Below, one piece after another: positions 13,321-26,596 of a stretch of DNA of 64,000 nucleotides. This stretch comes from Yuukianura sp. NJ FZ-2021. Lineage: Eukaryota. The stretch lies in contig CM102290.1 in assembly GCA_046563655.1 (NCBI GenBank), forward strand, positions 3,286,001-3,350,000. The letters run 5' to 3'. Both the position numbers and the translations under genes were made by a program. Under the pieces are notes generated by a model, which saw only the letters and a program-made list of their open reading frames with translations, made no database searches and had not been told where the DNA came from. How positions within the stretch are numbered: position 1 is the first letter of the stretch; the number at the start of each line of letters is the position of its first letter.

Positions 13321-14538
13321 AAGTTATGTGATCTGAATAAAGTCAAAATAAAATCTAATTTCGTTTGAATTTCGTCGTCCAACACGCAATGATTATTGTT
13401 TTACTATTATTATTTATATCAAAATGGTTGCTTCTGTTGAAGCATCTACTTCTCATTACAATACAGTGTAGTATGATTATGTGTAAGCACTTTTTCGAAT
13501 TTTAACGCTTTTGTAGTTATAAGTGAAATGGACTTAACTTTAGTTACTGCTAATTAATGAAGGTGGAGACGGTAGAAGTAGTACATAACCAATTTAAACA
13601 AAATATACATCTTACACAGGACAAATCCCATTTCCGGTTCAACTACTCAAAGTGATTTCCAATTTGAAGTTTACAATGGACACAGTAAGGGCTCTGTGAT
13701 AGTAAAACAACATGAGAATTTAAGTGGTGTTACATTAATTAGTAAACTGACGTGTTAATTAATTAATTGACTACGCTTGTGCTAAAAACCAAACAAAGAA
13801 ATTAACTTAAAGTCAAGACAGAAGCAGGCAAAAAAGGAAAATCGGAGATTGAAAAAAAAAACATAAACGGCTCATAATGCATTAATAGTTGAATACAAGT
13901 CTAGGTCAAAAGGTCAAGTTGTGACCAATACATAATGCGCCTTACGGTTATTATACAATCTAATTTCCCCGTATTTGCCATATAAACGTTTAAATTACAG
14001 ATAGGCCGCCTCAACAACATAATTACGTAACCGAATTAGTGATCGACCCCACCCAGTAACTTCTACTTTACACCGCATTAACCAACATACTATGTCGGTT
14101 TTTAAATTACACAATTAAATATTGAATTTGAACATTTAAAAGACGTCATAAATACAATCACTAATAGGATAATAAGCTTACTTAGTCAAAAAACGTGTCC
14201 CACAGCTAGTAGTTTCTTTAGGCATTAAAATGGTTGTCTACAAAGTTGACCAACCGGAAACTGGAGCCAACTACTAACCCAGACAGCGAAATTACAAAAT
14301 CCCATGGTTGTCCCACTAGCGTTAGGTTCAATAGTTTTAAACAGTAATTTACTTCTAGTTTAAACGACGGAAGGCAAATTTTGTTGAACGGTGTAAAGTA
14401 AACATGACGGTTTTGAGAGTTTAGTTTTTTGGGATAACTACCAAGACTGTTTCGAGTTGATGTGAGTTCTTCTGTCCCACTGAATCCTGGTCCCAATCAC
14501 AAACATTATTAATTACGTAAGAAGACGAAGCTGCGGCC

Positions 14539-15529
14539 TTATGATAGATATGATGGAGCTGATGAGGTTTCGAAACGTTTTTGCAGTTGGTCGTACGTGA
14601 ATTTAACAAAGGTGTCGTACTGCTCTGCCAATTTTGTCGTCAGTGCACGTTCGTATATTTCTTGCAGTTCTTGCTCCCGTTCTCTAACCATTCGCTCGCA
14701 AATCAGTCCAACCTGTAACAAATAAATAAATTGGATTAACTCGTTGCCTTCATTGCTTTCGCCTACAGAATGACTTCTGGAAACCTCCTTACTACTAGTT
14801 CTAGAGCCTACTAGTTCTAGGATCTAAGGATAAGATAGAACACAAAGTTTAACATTAAATTGTATGAATCTATGAATGACGGATGATTTATCTCAATCGA
14901 CTTCCCCAAGGAAGAAAATTAGATTCGGGTTAATAGCAAATTAAACTTGTTGAAGTTGAAACTTTGATCATATCGATTACACAAAATTTTCTGGGGCTTC
15001 TTTTATCCGAGTGGATAGCCTGTATGGCACGAGAATATACGTAAAAACTTTCCAAGTAAGAAGGACAGAAACACATAAACACAAGGTCCAACATCTAAAC
15101 TGAAATTAAATATCTGTTTCGCACAAATACCAAACTGCTTTATGTTTTGAAAGTTAGGTGACAAACGTGGCTTACTTGTTTGAAGGTAAAGAGTGGTTTG
15201 TCCTTGAGCCCTTCCCCAGCATGCTTTATTGGCAGGGTGGTAGAAGCGGTGGCGTCTGAGGATGATGTGGTCGGACTGATCGGCCGAACAGAGTTTACAT
15301 CTCCAAAATGGAGTTGCTTTCGACGATACAAGCGTCGCATTTCCTCACGGACATTGCTTGTGATAGTCTCTGTGGACAGTCTGCCAACAGCGAATGGAGA
15401 AATGGAGGGTTCTCTGCTTGGTGTAATTGTTGGTGACGTTCCAATAGGGGCACATCGACGTCTCTTTGTAGGGCGTGGACTCTGTAGAGGGTCCAGTTCA
15501 AGATTCCGTTTTAGTGTAGCACAAGCCAT
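14539..15529 (-). CDS. akirin: Akirin, 2 coding exons
   Basis: MACATLKR start, [43 protein letters not shown] and C-terminal SYLS. Confidence 0.97.
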
Positions 15530-16876
15530 AGTTTAGGTTACTTCAAAGGCCCTGATTTTGATTGCCTAGTAATTAGAAAAGTCAATGAAATTGAGATTTC
15601 AACTACGCCAGAATAGTATTCTCGCCTTACATATAATTCTGTCCTTCCGCTGATTTTCAGACGGCAGAAGTCCGGGATCAGACAATGTGTTCCACTTTAA
15701 TGCTGCTTGAAAGAAACTGCTCCGTTTTCCTAAGTGCTGGGTGATGAAAATGATTAACTGCTGTGAAACTTCGTTATCGATTTACCTTACTGATTACTCC
15801 GTGGTGAATTTACAGCTTGAGACGTTTTTGAGTAGTTGAACTGTGGTGGAGAGCCGTTGAATGAAAGGACGGCTGTTGAAATTGGTTATAGCCTTCTTCT
15901 ACCGTATCGGTTCGTTGAAGAAAAAGGAATTTGAGTAAGAGGAATCCAAATCCAATGCGATCCTCTGTGTCCTGTCCAGGATTAGAAAGAAAAAATAATA
16001 AAAAGGAACTCTCCTCTCTGAGCTGAGACTAGAATAATTCCAACTCTCCCGTTTCCTCCTACTTTTAGGCTTTTGTTTGTTATAATACCCGTGCAAACGG
16101 ACGTACAGATCCCCATGCCATGCCAAATACCAACAATTCCGTTTTCCCATTCCCAACCTTTATGTCTTTTCCACTTACTACCATACCATATCTTCTACCC
16201 CTCTGCCTGACTGATGTCATAGCCAAAGTTAATACTACTATCTCTGACAACGCTCGCTAGAAGGAAGGTAGAGCTCAATCCAATGGTTTCTTTCTTACCT
16301 ATGCAAGTTGTTTACCAAAGTGCTCCACTCCTGGTAGATTGTAGGTAGAAATTAATTAGTAATTGCACAAAATAAACTTAATCTAGGAAAACCGTGTAAA
16401 AAAATAAACAAAGAACATCTGATTATAAACGTCTTCTTTAAATTTCTTTGTTCAACATTGAAGCTCCGGCCTTATTTTAACGTTTCTTCAAATTTCCCAC
16501 GCTGTTGCGCCCTCTTTATTGTATTTCGTTTACGACAACAACACAATTAGTTTCATATTACCCTCACTTACGCTTCGCCTTTTGAGTTGTCTGACTGACA
16601 AGGGGAGTTTACGATAAAACTCAATAATGTAACTACAAAGAGTGAGATTTACATAAAAATAATATTGTTGTCAAAATGATTTGCACTTAGTTGACAGTTA
16701 AAACATCATTTTTTACATGGGAACACAGAAACTGCATGCGGTGGTCACGTTGAAGGTATTTGAATTGCAAAGAATACTGATTATGCACAGGTAAAGTGTT
16801 CACCTGTGCTGTAACTCCTGGAAGTGTTTGAAATGCCGAAAATTCAACTTTAAAATCTATCTATATTTTGCAGGTA

Positions 16877-17465
16877 CAGTGGAATTTCCAAATAAGGGAC
16901 AGGAGCTCCTCCTCTTTTTCACTTTCACTCGAAGTCGCGGTACCACAAAGTTTTGATTTTGGAGCGAACGTATGTTTCAGTTTATCGGCTTATTTTTTAC
17001 GATTGTTTTTTTTTTTGGTTAATTTTTTTTTGCGCACAATCTGCGCTACTGCGCACAATCTGCGCTACTGCGCACAAACTGCGCAACTGCGCACAATCTG
17101 CGGTACTGCGCAACTGCGCACAAACTGCGCTACTGCGCACAATCTGCGCTACTGCGCACAAACTGCGCAACTGCGCACAATCTGCGGTACTGCGCACAAT
17201 CTGCGCTACTGCGCACAAACTGCGCACAAACACAATATTGATACATATATAGATATCACATAATTAGCAATAATATATGAATATTATATATATTAATATT
17301 AATTATATAATTTAAACTTCGAAACAGGAAATTTTCATTAGAATGGTTTTCCTAGCCTTAAATTCCATATAACTGAGCGTTTACCAGAAATCTTACGGTA
17401 CTGGGGGAGGAGCCTACTTCCAATCCTCCAATCGTGATTTTTTCCCTTATTGGGAAAAGCCACTG
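16877..17465. mobile_element. Non-autonomous Tc1/mariner-type element (MITE), 589 bp, TA-flanked
   Basis: Left TIR cagtggaatttccaaataaggga versus reverse complement of the right end cagtggcttttcccaataaggga (20/23). TA at 16875-16876 and 17466-17467. Subterminal gctcctcc/ggaggagc pair. Confidence 0.8.
17031..17230. repeat. Minisatellite of alternating 11-nt (ctgcgcacaaW) and 8-nt (ctgcgcta/ctgcgcaa/ctgcggta) units
   Basis: Directly visible: about ten 19-bp composite units and 11 copies of TGCGCAC. Confidence 0.97.
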
Positions 17466-17882
17466 TATTTGAATTGTAGTGTGTTGAAAAGTTTAGATTA
17501 AATTCACTCGTTTCGTTACGCTGTGACTTTCTTGAGTCTACGGAAACACGTAGCGTGAGGATGCGCGCATTCACATGTTACTCTTCCAAACTGTTGTCTT
17601 TGCGAGGCGGGAAATTTTTAAATACTGAAAACTAATCAGCTCAGCTGTTCGAAACATGTCGCATGTGAATCTAGTCTTGTCCAACTGTATTAGTAATTAA
17701 TTGTAAAAATCATCTTAATCGATCGCCATTGTCTGTCAATTAACTTCAAGAAAAAGAAGAAAGATCTAAGAGACGGTGGTAATAGACATTAATTCATTAT
17801 TAAATTCGTTAAGTGAAAATTGAAAATTGCTTTTACTTTTGAACAGGTTAGGGTCATCTCAAAACATTTCAACTCTAACGAT

Positions 17883-20075
17883 ATGTCTCTTACGCATTCA
17901 AAATATTTGACTCTGATACTGGAGGAAAACTTTGATCTAACGATAACAAAAGCTGTGGAGCCTCTAATATATCATGGGCCTTTGACTCTACGAAACATAG
18001 CCCTCAAGACAGCAGTGCCATTCAAAGTGGTAAGCTGAACCTAATAGGTTATTTTGTGTATGAGGAATATGTAATTCGCATTCTATAACTAATGAAAATT
18101 GGTGTTTTCACATCGTCTGGATCTTACAGGTCAAAGAATGTCTTCAAGTTCTAATCCAACACAACATTGTATATTTTTCACCTCGACCAAACAGTTCAGA
18201 TATTCTGTATCGAATCGAGCCGGACGGGGTCATGTCACTCCTCAACTATGCCGGGTAAGTCAAAAGCATTTGGAATAACCCAATTCCAGGGAGCAAGTGC
18301 AAACTATTGTTTCATTTTAGTTACTGCAAAAGGGTGGAGGACAAAATGGACAAAGAACCAAAAGCACTTTTTTCTGCAATACTTCGGACGGGAAGAATTT
18401 CTGCGTCGAAATTACTATTCCTGTTAGGAACATTGCAAGTGCAGAAAGGCATCACGACGCCTGATCAGATGTCAGAAATTATCAAGAAGGACTTCGACAT
18501 GTTTGAGAGACTCGTAAACCACAAGTATTTAACTCGTGCAGACAAGCTTGTGTCACTGGCATCAGCCGAAGTTCCAAAATTCGAAAGTTATGACTTTGAT
18601 GACAACGCCTTCAAAATTCCTAAAATTGATTTGGACACCATTTGCAAGGCTGTGATGAAAGGGGACGTGAAAATCACTGCTGTAACCAATGAAGATGACG
18701 ACATTTTATGGAAAGTTAACACAGCACAGTTTGAATGTGAAACGAAAGAAGATATTCTTGGAAAAGCCATGGGACAGCGAATGAGGGATCCAAATATCGG
18801 TTCAATATTTAAAGTCATTCTTTCCAACGGATTTTCTAAGAATCCGAATTCGGACATAACTCCCACTACTACTTTCTTAGAAATTAAACAAGCTGTGACG
18901 AATTTACAAAATGGGGAGGTTCTCGTCCAACAGCTGGAGGAAACTTTAAAAATTCTAGGTAACTTAAAGAAATATGCAATCCTGATTCCATGATTACTAC
19001 TCCTGGCGACCTAGCCTTAAAAAAACGAGTTTTTCTTCTGAGCGTGCAGGGAAAAAAAAACGTTTTTGCACAAATCTCAGGTCACTCTAAACCACATTCG
19101 AAATTTTTGAACACTATAAACACTATGCAGTTTGGGGTAACTTGAGATTTTTGCTAAAACGTTTTTTTTCGTTGAACACTCAGTGGATAAACTTCAAGGT
19201 GTTTTTCAGGTTATGTTGCTAGGAGTAGTACTAATCCTGAGTAACTTTTTTTTTGAATTTAGCAATGGATCCACTCGGTGTTGTCAACAAAACTGGCGAA
19301 CAACATGGCGGTAGCTATTCAGTGAACGTGAAGGAAGCCATTCGACTAGTAACGATTGCAACAGTGGAGAAAATAGTGGAAAGCAGATTTGGTCCGACAA
19401 CAGCGAGGCTCTTCAGACTTGTTCGACGTCTTGGATATTCAGATCAGGATAAATTAACGCAAAAGGCAATGATGTCATCCAAGCTCGGCAGAAGTCTCTT
19501 ATATAAACTTGTTGAAGCTCATTTCATTACATTGAAGGAGATTCGGAAAACGTACACAATTGCAAGTAGCTTGACCAACAAGCTCCTTGCTTTCGTTTTC
19601 TACGTTGATTTCGACACGGTACGTAATACCATTATGGGTTTCTTTGTTTCAAACGTAGTTAGTTTTTACTTCAAGTAACAAATACTTTATGTTTCAGGTT
19701 CTTCGATCACTTCTGGAAGAAGCCTACCAAGCCAGCATCAATGCTCGAATGCGACTTCAGACTGAACGGAAAAGGCATAAACGACTGCTTGACAAGGAGC
19801 AGAAAATTGAAAAAATTCTTTTTAATATGAAAAAATCAAGTTGCACTACTGAGCAAGTAGAAGAGGTAACCTCAATTCTTGATTTTCATGCACTCAGACT
19901 TTACTTCAAATTGCTAAGTATTTACTCTGATTTATAGGTGACGGAAATGTTGACGTATCCAGAACGAAAAATTTTGGCTCGAGTATACAATAGGCATCAC
20001 AAGCTCATCTCTGCTATCCTTCACGCCAACCGAACCATATTCATTATCAATTCCTACTTCCTGTACCATCAATGA
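17883..20075 (+). CDS. POLR3C: DNA-directed RNA polymerase III subunit RPC3 (RPC62), multi-exon
   Basis: VKECLQVLIQHNIV, VEKIVESRFGPTTARLFRLV, AMMSSKLGRSLLYKLVEAHFITLKEI, RLQTERKRHKRLLDKEQKIE; stop TGA at 20073-20075. Confidence 0.88.
18997..19228. mobile_element. Fold-back MITE with TA flanks inside a POLR3C intron
   Basis: Imperfect inverted arms of ~95 bp (ctactcctggcgacctagcct... / ...aggttatgttgctaggagtag), TA on both sides, in intron 18959-19262. Confidence 0.8.
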
Positions 20076-20180
20076 CCGACGAGCTAATAGGGAACAAGAG
20101 AGTATTTATTCAACTACTAATTCTGGACATAACAATGCTAACATGACTTGGTCATTGTTGGCTTCGCTGGCAGGATGGAC

Positions 20181-21918
20181 TCACTTGAACTCAAAGTCTG
20201 GCATCCAAATGGTCTTTGGAACCTTTGCTTCAATGACCACGTACAACTCGCCATGCAACCTGGATATTTCAGGCTATCGTTACTGAAGTAATTGAAAACA
20301 CCAAAGTAATTAGCAAAGGATTTGTCACCTCGGGTCTGAAATCTGCTCACCAAAAGGAACCAATTCGGAACACAACGAATCTTTCGGATTGGATTTCCAG
20401 TCAGAAGCAGTGCAGGCTCTTACTGGAGATTTGTTCAAAATCGATTCAGCATAGTACTTGGGAACCATTTGATGACTGCACATCCCTAATCAAAACAATT
20501 AACTCAATTGAATTAACTGAATGTTTTGGCACATATCTGAACTTGCTCACCAGTCAGAGGTTCTATTCTGTCAATTTTTAGTACTCCAGTGTTTTTACAT
20601 TGTGGCTGAGAGTCCCCTCCGTTGATGTAAAAGTCCAAGTGACCGATACGCTTTTTTTAAATGAAACTCAAATTATGGGAATAAATTTTTGACTTATTTT
20701 GGTTCTTACGGCTCTCATGCCAAGTTTTCCAGAATTTGTGTGATACACGTCTACAAAGTCAGCATCCAAAGCATCCAAATGATCCTTCGCTGGAAGGGAA
20801 CTGTAAACTGGTCCTGCTGGATCGAGTCCTAGGAAAACGAATAGGCAAAACTCCAACTTCAAAATTTCGAAAATTAAAAAAAATGATTTTTTAAAACTAA
20901 TTTTGTACCCGTTATTCTTCCAATTTTTTCAGAAATCTGTTTTTGGAGGGCCGTGGACGCTGCACCAGCAACATGAGCTGTTGATGTAATCGTGGCGTAA
21001 GCTTAATTCCACTTTTCTTTAAAACGTTTTTTTGAAAATGTTACCTCCCATGCTATAGCCTATGATGTGGACATCTTTTACGGTCTGGATGGCTTCTGCG
21101 TTTACCAAAAACTGAATAAATTGTGCTAACCGTTCTCCGACTACTTTGGCATTGCCAATTGACTTTCGGTAAGCCTTGAGTCCACTGGTTATGCCCAATG
21201 ACTTTCCAAAGAAAGCTAATGTTGGCCAGTCGGTACAAATAAGATTTTGAGTCCGTTCCTGCTCAAAGTATGCTAAAAAACACAAACAAAATGGCGTTAA
21301 AACTTCAATTGTGAACAAAATTTCATTGCAGTTTTAAACTTTTTGGAATTTTTCAGTACCTTCGACAAGAAGTCCAGGAAAATTGTCTCCTTTACAGTTA
21401 CCCAGAAACCCATGAATCATAATGGTAATTGGTTCGCCAAAAACGAAATTTTTGGCGCGTCGTAGCGACGAAATTTTTCCCGTCTTGATTCTCTTCATCT
21501 TGCTATGAGAAGTTTCAAGTTTGTTAAAAAACTGTAACTTCTGACCATAGTTTTTGCAGAGGTCAATGATCTTTGGCATACATTACCTGGAGCTTGTAAA
21601 AATATAGAATCTGACTTCATCTTCATCTGCTTCTTCCGATGAAACGAATTCCAACGAACTAAAATTTTCTGCTTTCAAATCTTCGACGAAACCTGAAACG
21701 AAACGAAATAGTTTACTGTGATCATCAGTGTAATGTAAACCGCTGTTTCAAAAACAATTTTTTTTTCAAAATTTTGATTTCTTACTCTCAGGAGATTTCT
21801 GGACGCTTTGTTTGTCTTCATCGGGGTTATCGAAATCAAAATTTTCCTTCGAAAACGGAAAGGGAAAGCAAAAATGAATTGCGAAGGAAAAAATGAGCAG
21901 CACTTTCCACAGTTCCAT
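20181..21918 (-). CDS. Secreted pancreatic-lipase/phospholipase A1-family protein, multi-exon (last acceptor uncertain; alternative stop at 20138)
   Basis: Signal peptide MELWKVLLIFSFAIHFCFP, IMIHGF, ICTDW, nucleophile elbow HIIGYSMGAH, RITGLDPAGP, DADFVDVYHTN, GHLDFYINGG, CSH. Confidence 0.88.
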
Positions 21919-23001
21919 TTAAAATTCAAAAAATTCTTAAGTTTATAATTTAAAAAAAAATTAAACTATATTTTAAACCCCCAAGTCCTCTGTACACTGA
22001 AGGTTATGAAAATTAAGAAACTTTTAGACACAGTGATTCTAGCGTCGCCACAAAACTTGCACTGTTTACATTATAAATTTTTCAACCATACTAAATTTTA
22101 AACATTCAGTTAGAACAATCCATTGTTTGAAAATTTATTACTTCCAGTTCTAACTGATTTTGAAACGATTAGGAATTCACAGAATCAATAACATAAAATA
22201 TCTAAAAAAAATTTTTTTGAAACCTCTTCCGTTAATGGATACCCTACCTAATTCTGACTGCTTCGAAAAAAAATGAAATGAATTGATCGATGAACGCGTT
22301 CAACTGAATGATTAAAATTGTCAACTTCAAACAAAACTAGCAAGGATGTCAACAGTATTTAAAATCCGTATTGGATAAATATTCACTCTGTGTAGCACAG
22401 ATGAAAATTTTATCTGCAGAAAACCTATAGACTTCCATGCCCGTAATATTCATAAAAAAAATTTCCGGTTTTTTCATTACTAAATATTTATTTATTTGCC
22501 AATGCCCTTAATGTTAAATTATTAAAAAAAATTTGCGATTTAAAAAAAAAACACATATTTTTGACAACCCTGCTAATCATGCTAAGTCTGGACTTGCAAC
22601 ATGCAGGAAGCAGTTCAACATTGAAAAAATGTTTGGATTGCCACATCGTGTTGCAAAATGCATAAAATCAAAGAATATATCTCTCAAATTTATTCATATG
22701 ATTAATATATCTAACAGAATATGATCAAATGTGTAACATTTTAGTGTTGAGCTAATTGGTGATGCATGGGATTCTTGGAGGTGACGCCATGTTGATTCTC
22801 CTAATGCTATATTCCATTGTTATTTCTCTTCCGCGTACTAGCATTAGAGTTCACTTTAAATAAACTATTCCCTGAATGAATGGCAAGTTGAGGTTAACTA
22901 CTAAAGTCTATTGTTTTCAGTCGTGGAAATTCAACAAGTATTCCAAAAATAGGTTAAATATAATTTTGAGATATGCTATGCTGTAGAGAAATTGGGGTAA
23001 A

Positions 23002-24369
23002 TCACTGAACGTCTTGGGCATACTTGCACCCTGCTTGGGCTCGAATGGAATCCGAAATTTCAGCAATAAGTATAGAGTCATCCAGTGTCATCAAAGGACT
23101 CTCAGTCCACCCTGCCATGGTCAATTTCAAAATTTCATGAATCATTTTTGATGTAAAGATTTGAAGGTCATCCGAGAAAGAGTTCATACCGTTAATGAGA
23201 CAGCGACGAACCTCTTCAATTTCGTATACCAAACCAGCACATCCGGAGAAATTAAATTTCTTGTCCGATTTTGGCACGGGTTTTTCAATTTTTCCGGAAG
23301 GAGTTTCCAACATGGATGGACACCAAAATGGACAAGGAATCTGGTGACAGATAAACTTATTTAAAAAGTTTTGTTTAGTTGCTATTGGTAAGCGATAAGA
23401 GTTTTGGGTCAAACCTTGAGCGTTCCACGCGTTCCAATAATGTAAGCGTCACGCGGAAGTTGAACACTGTAATGTGTTAATAAAGTGGCAGTCCTGCCGC
23501 CAGAATAAATCAGCGTTGTACTGGTACTTTCGTCGACTCCGTCCATCAAATGCCCTCCAGCGATAACGTTCAGTGGCTTTTCAGTTCCAAAGACAAATGT
23601 GGCAAATTGGACGCAGTAACATCCGACGTCCAGCATTGACCCGCGGCCCTTTTCCAAAAATCTACAAATTCCAAAAGCAGAACTGGCATTCCTTGACCCT
23701 CGTACGACAAAACATTACCAAAAAACGTTTCAGCTTACCCCACTCTATCATGGATTCCGAAAGACGGCAACGGTAGTGACAACGATGCAATTACTTGTTT
23801 TACATCACCAATCGTTCCAGCTTTGAGTTCGTCTGTTACGGCCGCATAAATTGGAAAACAGCGGCTCCAAAGTCCCTGTGAAACATATCAAAAAGTGTAA
23901 AAAGGACGCCTACGATTCTAAATTAATCAATGACTAATCTTTTTTAACCTCCATCAAAAACTTCTTTTCGGCTCGAGCAACGGCAACTAATTCCTTAACT
24001 TCCTTTGCATTGATACACAACGGTTTTTCACACAGGACATGTTTCCCTGCCAAGAGCGACATTTTAGCCAAAGGGAGGTGTAGGGTTCCAACGGATCCAA
24101 TGTATGCGACTTCTGTAAACAAAAGTATCAAGTCAAAATACATTCAATTGTGCTTAAAATTACTTCGACTGACCAACATCAGTGTCACGAACGAGTTCTT
24201 CATAGGATCCGTATGCTCTTTCAACTCCATACTTTTGTGCGAAATCTTTTGCGTCTTCCAACTCCCGTGCAGCGACGGCGACAAGACGATGATCTTTGAG
24301 GGATGCCATGGCCGATACAAAGTCCTGTGAAATTCTTCCTGCTGAAATGATACCCCATCGTGTAGCCAT
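23002..24369 (-). CDS. DHDH: Trans-1,2-dihydrobenzene-1,2-diol dehydrogenase (Gfo/Idh/MocA family), multi-exon
   Basis: MATRWGIISAGRISQDF, AYGSYEEL, GKHVLCEKP, FLMEGLWSRCFP, GSMLDVGCYCVQF, GLVYEIEEVRRCL, ESPLMTLDDS. Confidence 0.92.
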
Positions 24370-24824
24370 GGTTTTAGACTATAAGTTAATCGATTATTAA
24401 TTGTTAATACAGCCAGATATCTTCCTGACAACAAATTCCAGAAGAAAGGAAAGCATGTGGACAGGACATCACTTGCTTATGCCTATTTAGCAACAACAGC
24501 TGATGTGGTGTCCAGCGTTTAGCCGGTAAGCACGTGTGGTCACTTTACCGCAAAAAGTTAAAGGTTAATGCTGCTGGACAATATGAGACGAGCTTGTCCA
24601 AACCTCTGAATATTCTGAACAGTTAATTTGATGCATACTTGAGGGTAAAAACATAATCGTATCAATTGAAATTTTTGAATTATTGAACCATAGTTTTTAA
24701 AAATTAATGCTGAATGAAATACCTTGATGAGTTCCAATGCATTCAAAAACGTTTGCTTAACGTTTTCGTCAAGTGGAATGTGCACAGTGCTTCGTTTATT
24801 GTAACGTAATTAACTCTAAACTGA

Positions 24825-25731
24825 TTACATGCGTTTTCGATCAATTAGATGATGAGGATTCGTTACCTCTCGTTGGAACCTAGCATCAATAGCAGAGTCG
24901 AAAAAGCGTGACAATTTTGCAGCAGCGGTTGACCCTGGAGCGAAATATTTAGCATCCAGACAGTTCTGAAAATCGAAAACAAAAATACATTTGGCATAGA
25001 ATCAATTTTTTCGAGAAAATAAATTGGCATGTAAAGTGGTTTGAATACCACAAGAACTTCGTCCGCCCGACATTCTTCTGCAATAGAACTTAGTCTGTAG
25101 GACGAAGGACGACGACCTTCGAGTTCATCTAGTTTTGTACCCATCACAAGGATGGGGGGCATCCTGGCAGATCCAATAAATTGTTCCGGGTCAAAGTCAT
25201 CTTCTTCATTCCCTCTCCCTCCGCTGAGAATCTCCATTATCCATTTATGTAAATTGGCTTCGGACTTCCGATTTGTAAGGTCATGCACCAGGATAACTCC
25301 GTTCACTCCATTGTAGAATACATTTCGACTATTCTGATGACTTGAACTTCCTCCTATATCCCAGAGGTCAACAAAATAAGTTTTCTGTTGTGGAGTTCCA
25401 GTTTTGTAGTCATGAAGTCTTACTTCCAGGGAACATCCAACAGTCCACGAAGGATTACTCAGCGGTTTTCCATGACAAATCATATGTACGGCGCACGTCT
25501 TCCCAACACCTACTCAAAAGCATCAAAACTAAAAATTGCTTGTATTCGTTTCTGAACTTTGTATTATAATAACCGGAAGCGGCCTACTAAGGACCAAAAT
25601 ATGATGTTAACAATTTCATATGCAGAATTGCAGCAATACCAAAATCATATGTTTGTGAATTCGAGCATTAAATTCACTCACCCACCTGAATCTCCTACCA
25701 CAACGATCTTCACCTTGTCGTAAGCCGTCAT
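24825..25731 (-). CDS. RABL3: Rab-like protein 3 (small GTPase), 3 exons
   Basis: MTAYDKVKIVVVGDS|GVGKT P-loop, PSWTVGCSLEVRLHDY, FVDLWDIGGS, GVILVHDLTNRKSEANL, MGTKLD, AKLSRFFD. Confidence 0.93.
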
Positions 25732-25869
25732 CTTTATGCCAAAACTAGGTCCAAGGTCAACAATTGAAGGACTTCGACAACAATTAAACCTGATCAACGA
25801 TGACGCTCAATCAAATCTTTCCACAGCTCAAGAATTTGCAATGTTTACCTCTATACAAAATAAACAAAC

Positions 25870-26172
25870 GGGTCTCCCTAAAACGCGTATCGCGGATTGC
25901 TACGCACTTACAACAAACATAGGGGTTTTCACGCACTATAGAAGTAGAACGCGTTCACACGAACACAAAAAGGGGGTCTCTGCACTATACAAGCAAAATG
26001 CAATTTTTAGGCAGAGCGTTACGGTTAGGTTTGGTAAGATCCTAACACTTGACATCAACAATTCGTGACTAGAACAAGGGTCATATTCGAACGACCATTT
26101 TCTTTAAATAATACGCGAGTGATATAGTGCGCAGCAATCCGCCAAATCCGCTATCCGACTTTTAGGGAGACG
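25870..26172. mobile_element. Degenerate TIR element (possibly hAT-type MITE) in the RABL3/GTF2E1 divergent intergenic region
   Basis: gtctccctaaaacgcgtatcgcggatt versus reverse complement of the right end gtctccctaaagtcggatagcggatt; taaacaa direct repeat flanks both sides. Confidence 0.6.
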
Positions 26173-26596
26173 CTAAACAATCACACGGCGGGAATCTGTC
26201 AAATTTGAAAATAAAATTTATGTACACATTTTTTTCAATTCGGCTTTCGTAGTATTCCAATTTTTCTCTTTCTGTTTCTCTTCCGATTGTAAAATCGGTC
26301 TTCATTTTCGTTTCACCTCTTCAGGATAATTAACGTTGTAAAACAATGTTAATTAGCTGAATAATTAATGGTAGATACCGTGTAGACTCTTACTTTTTGC
26401 TAATGTAAGGTTTCAGCAGTGTTGTCAACTTACTCTCAACGATAACGATTGACCCGTTGGTGTTTGCTGTTCCTGCCTTGTCTTGAGTTTATTCAACTAA
26501 CGTAAGCCTTTGAAAGATAATATAAACTGAATAATACACTGAATAATACACTGAATAACACACCTAACAGTTACTGTATGTGATTGGTACAGGATA

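Noticed and set aside
17031..17230. CRISPR-like array
   Set aside because: No unique spacers, units too short, eukaryotic context.
16868..17263. Three overlapping Cys/Ala-rich repetitive ORFs
   Set aside because: They are translations of the minisatellite inside the MITE, open on both strands and without splice context.
25736..26068. 110-aa plus-strand ORF
   Set aside because: It overlaps the RABL3 5' region and the TIR element and has no recognisable domain.
26527..26563. 12-bp tandem repeat ctgaataataca, about three copies
   Set aside because: Ordinary slippage repeat in the GTF2E1 5' region.
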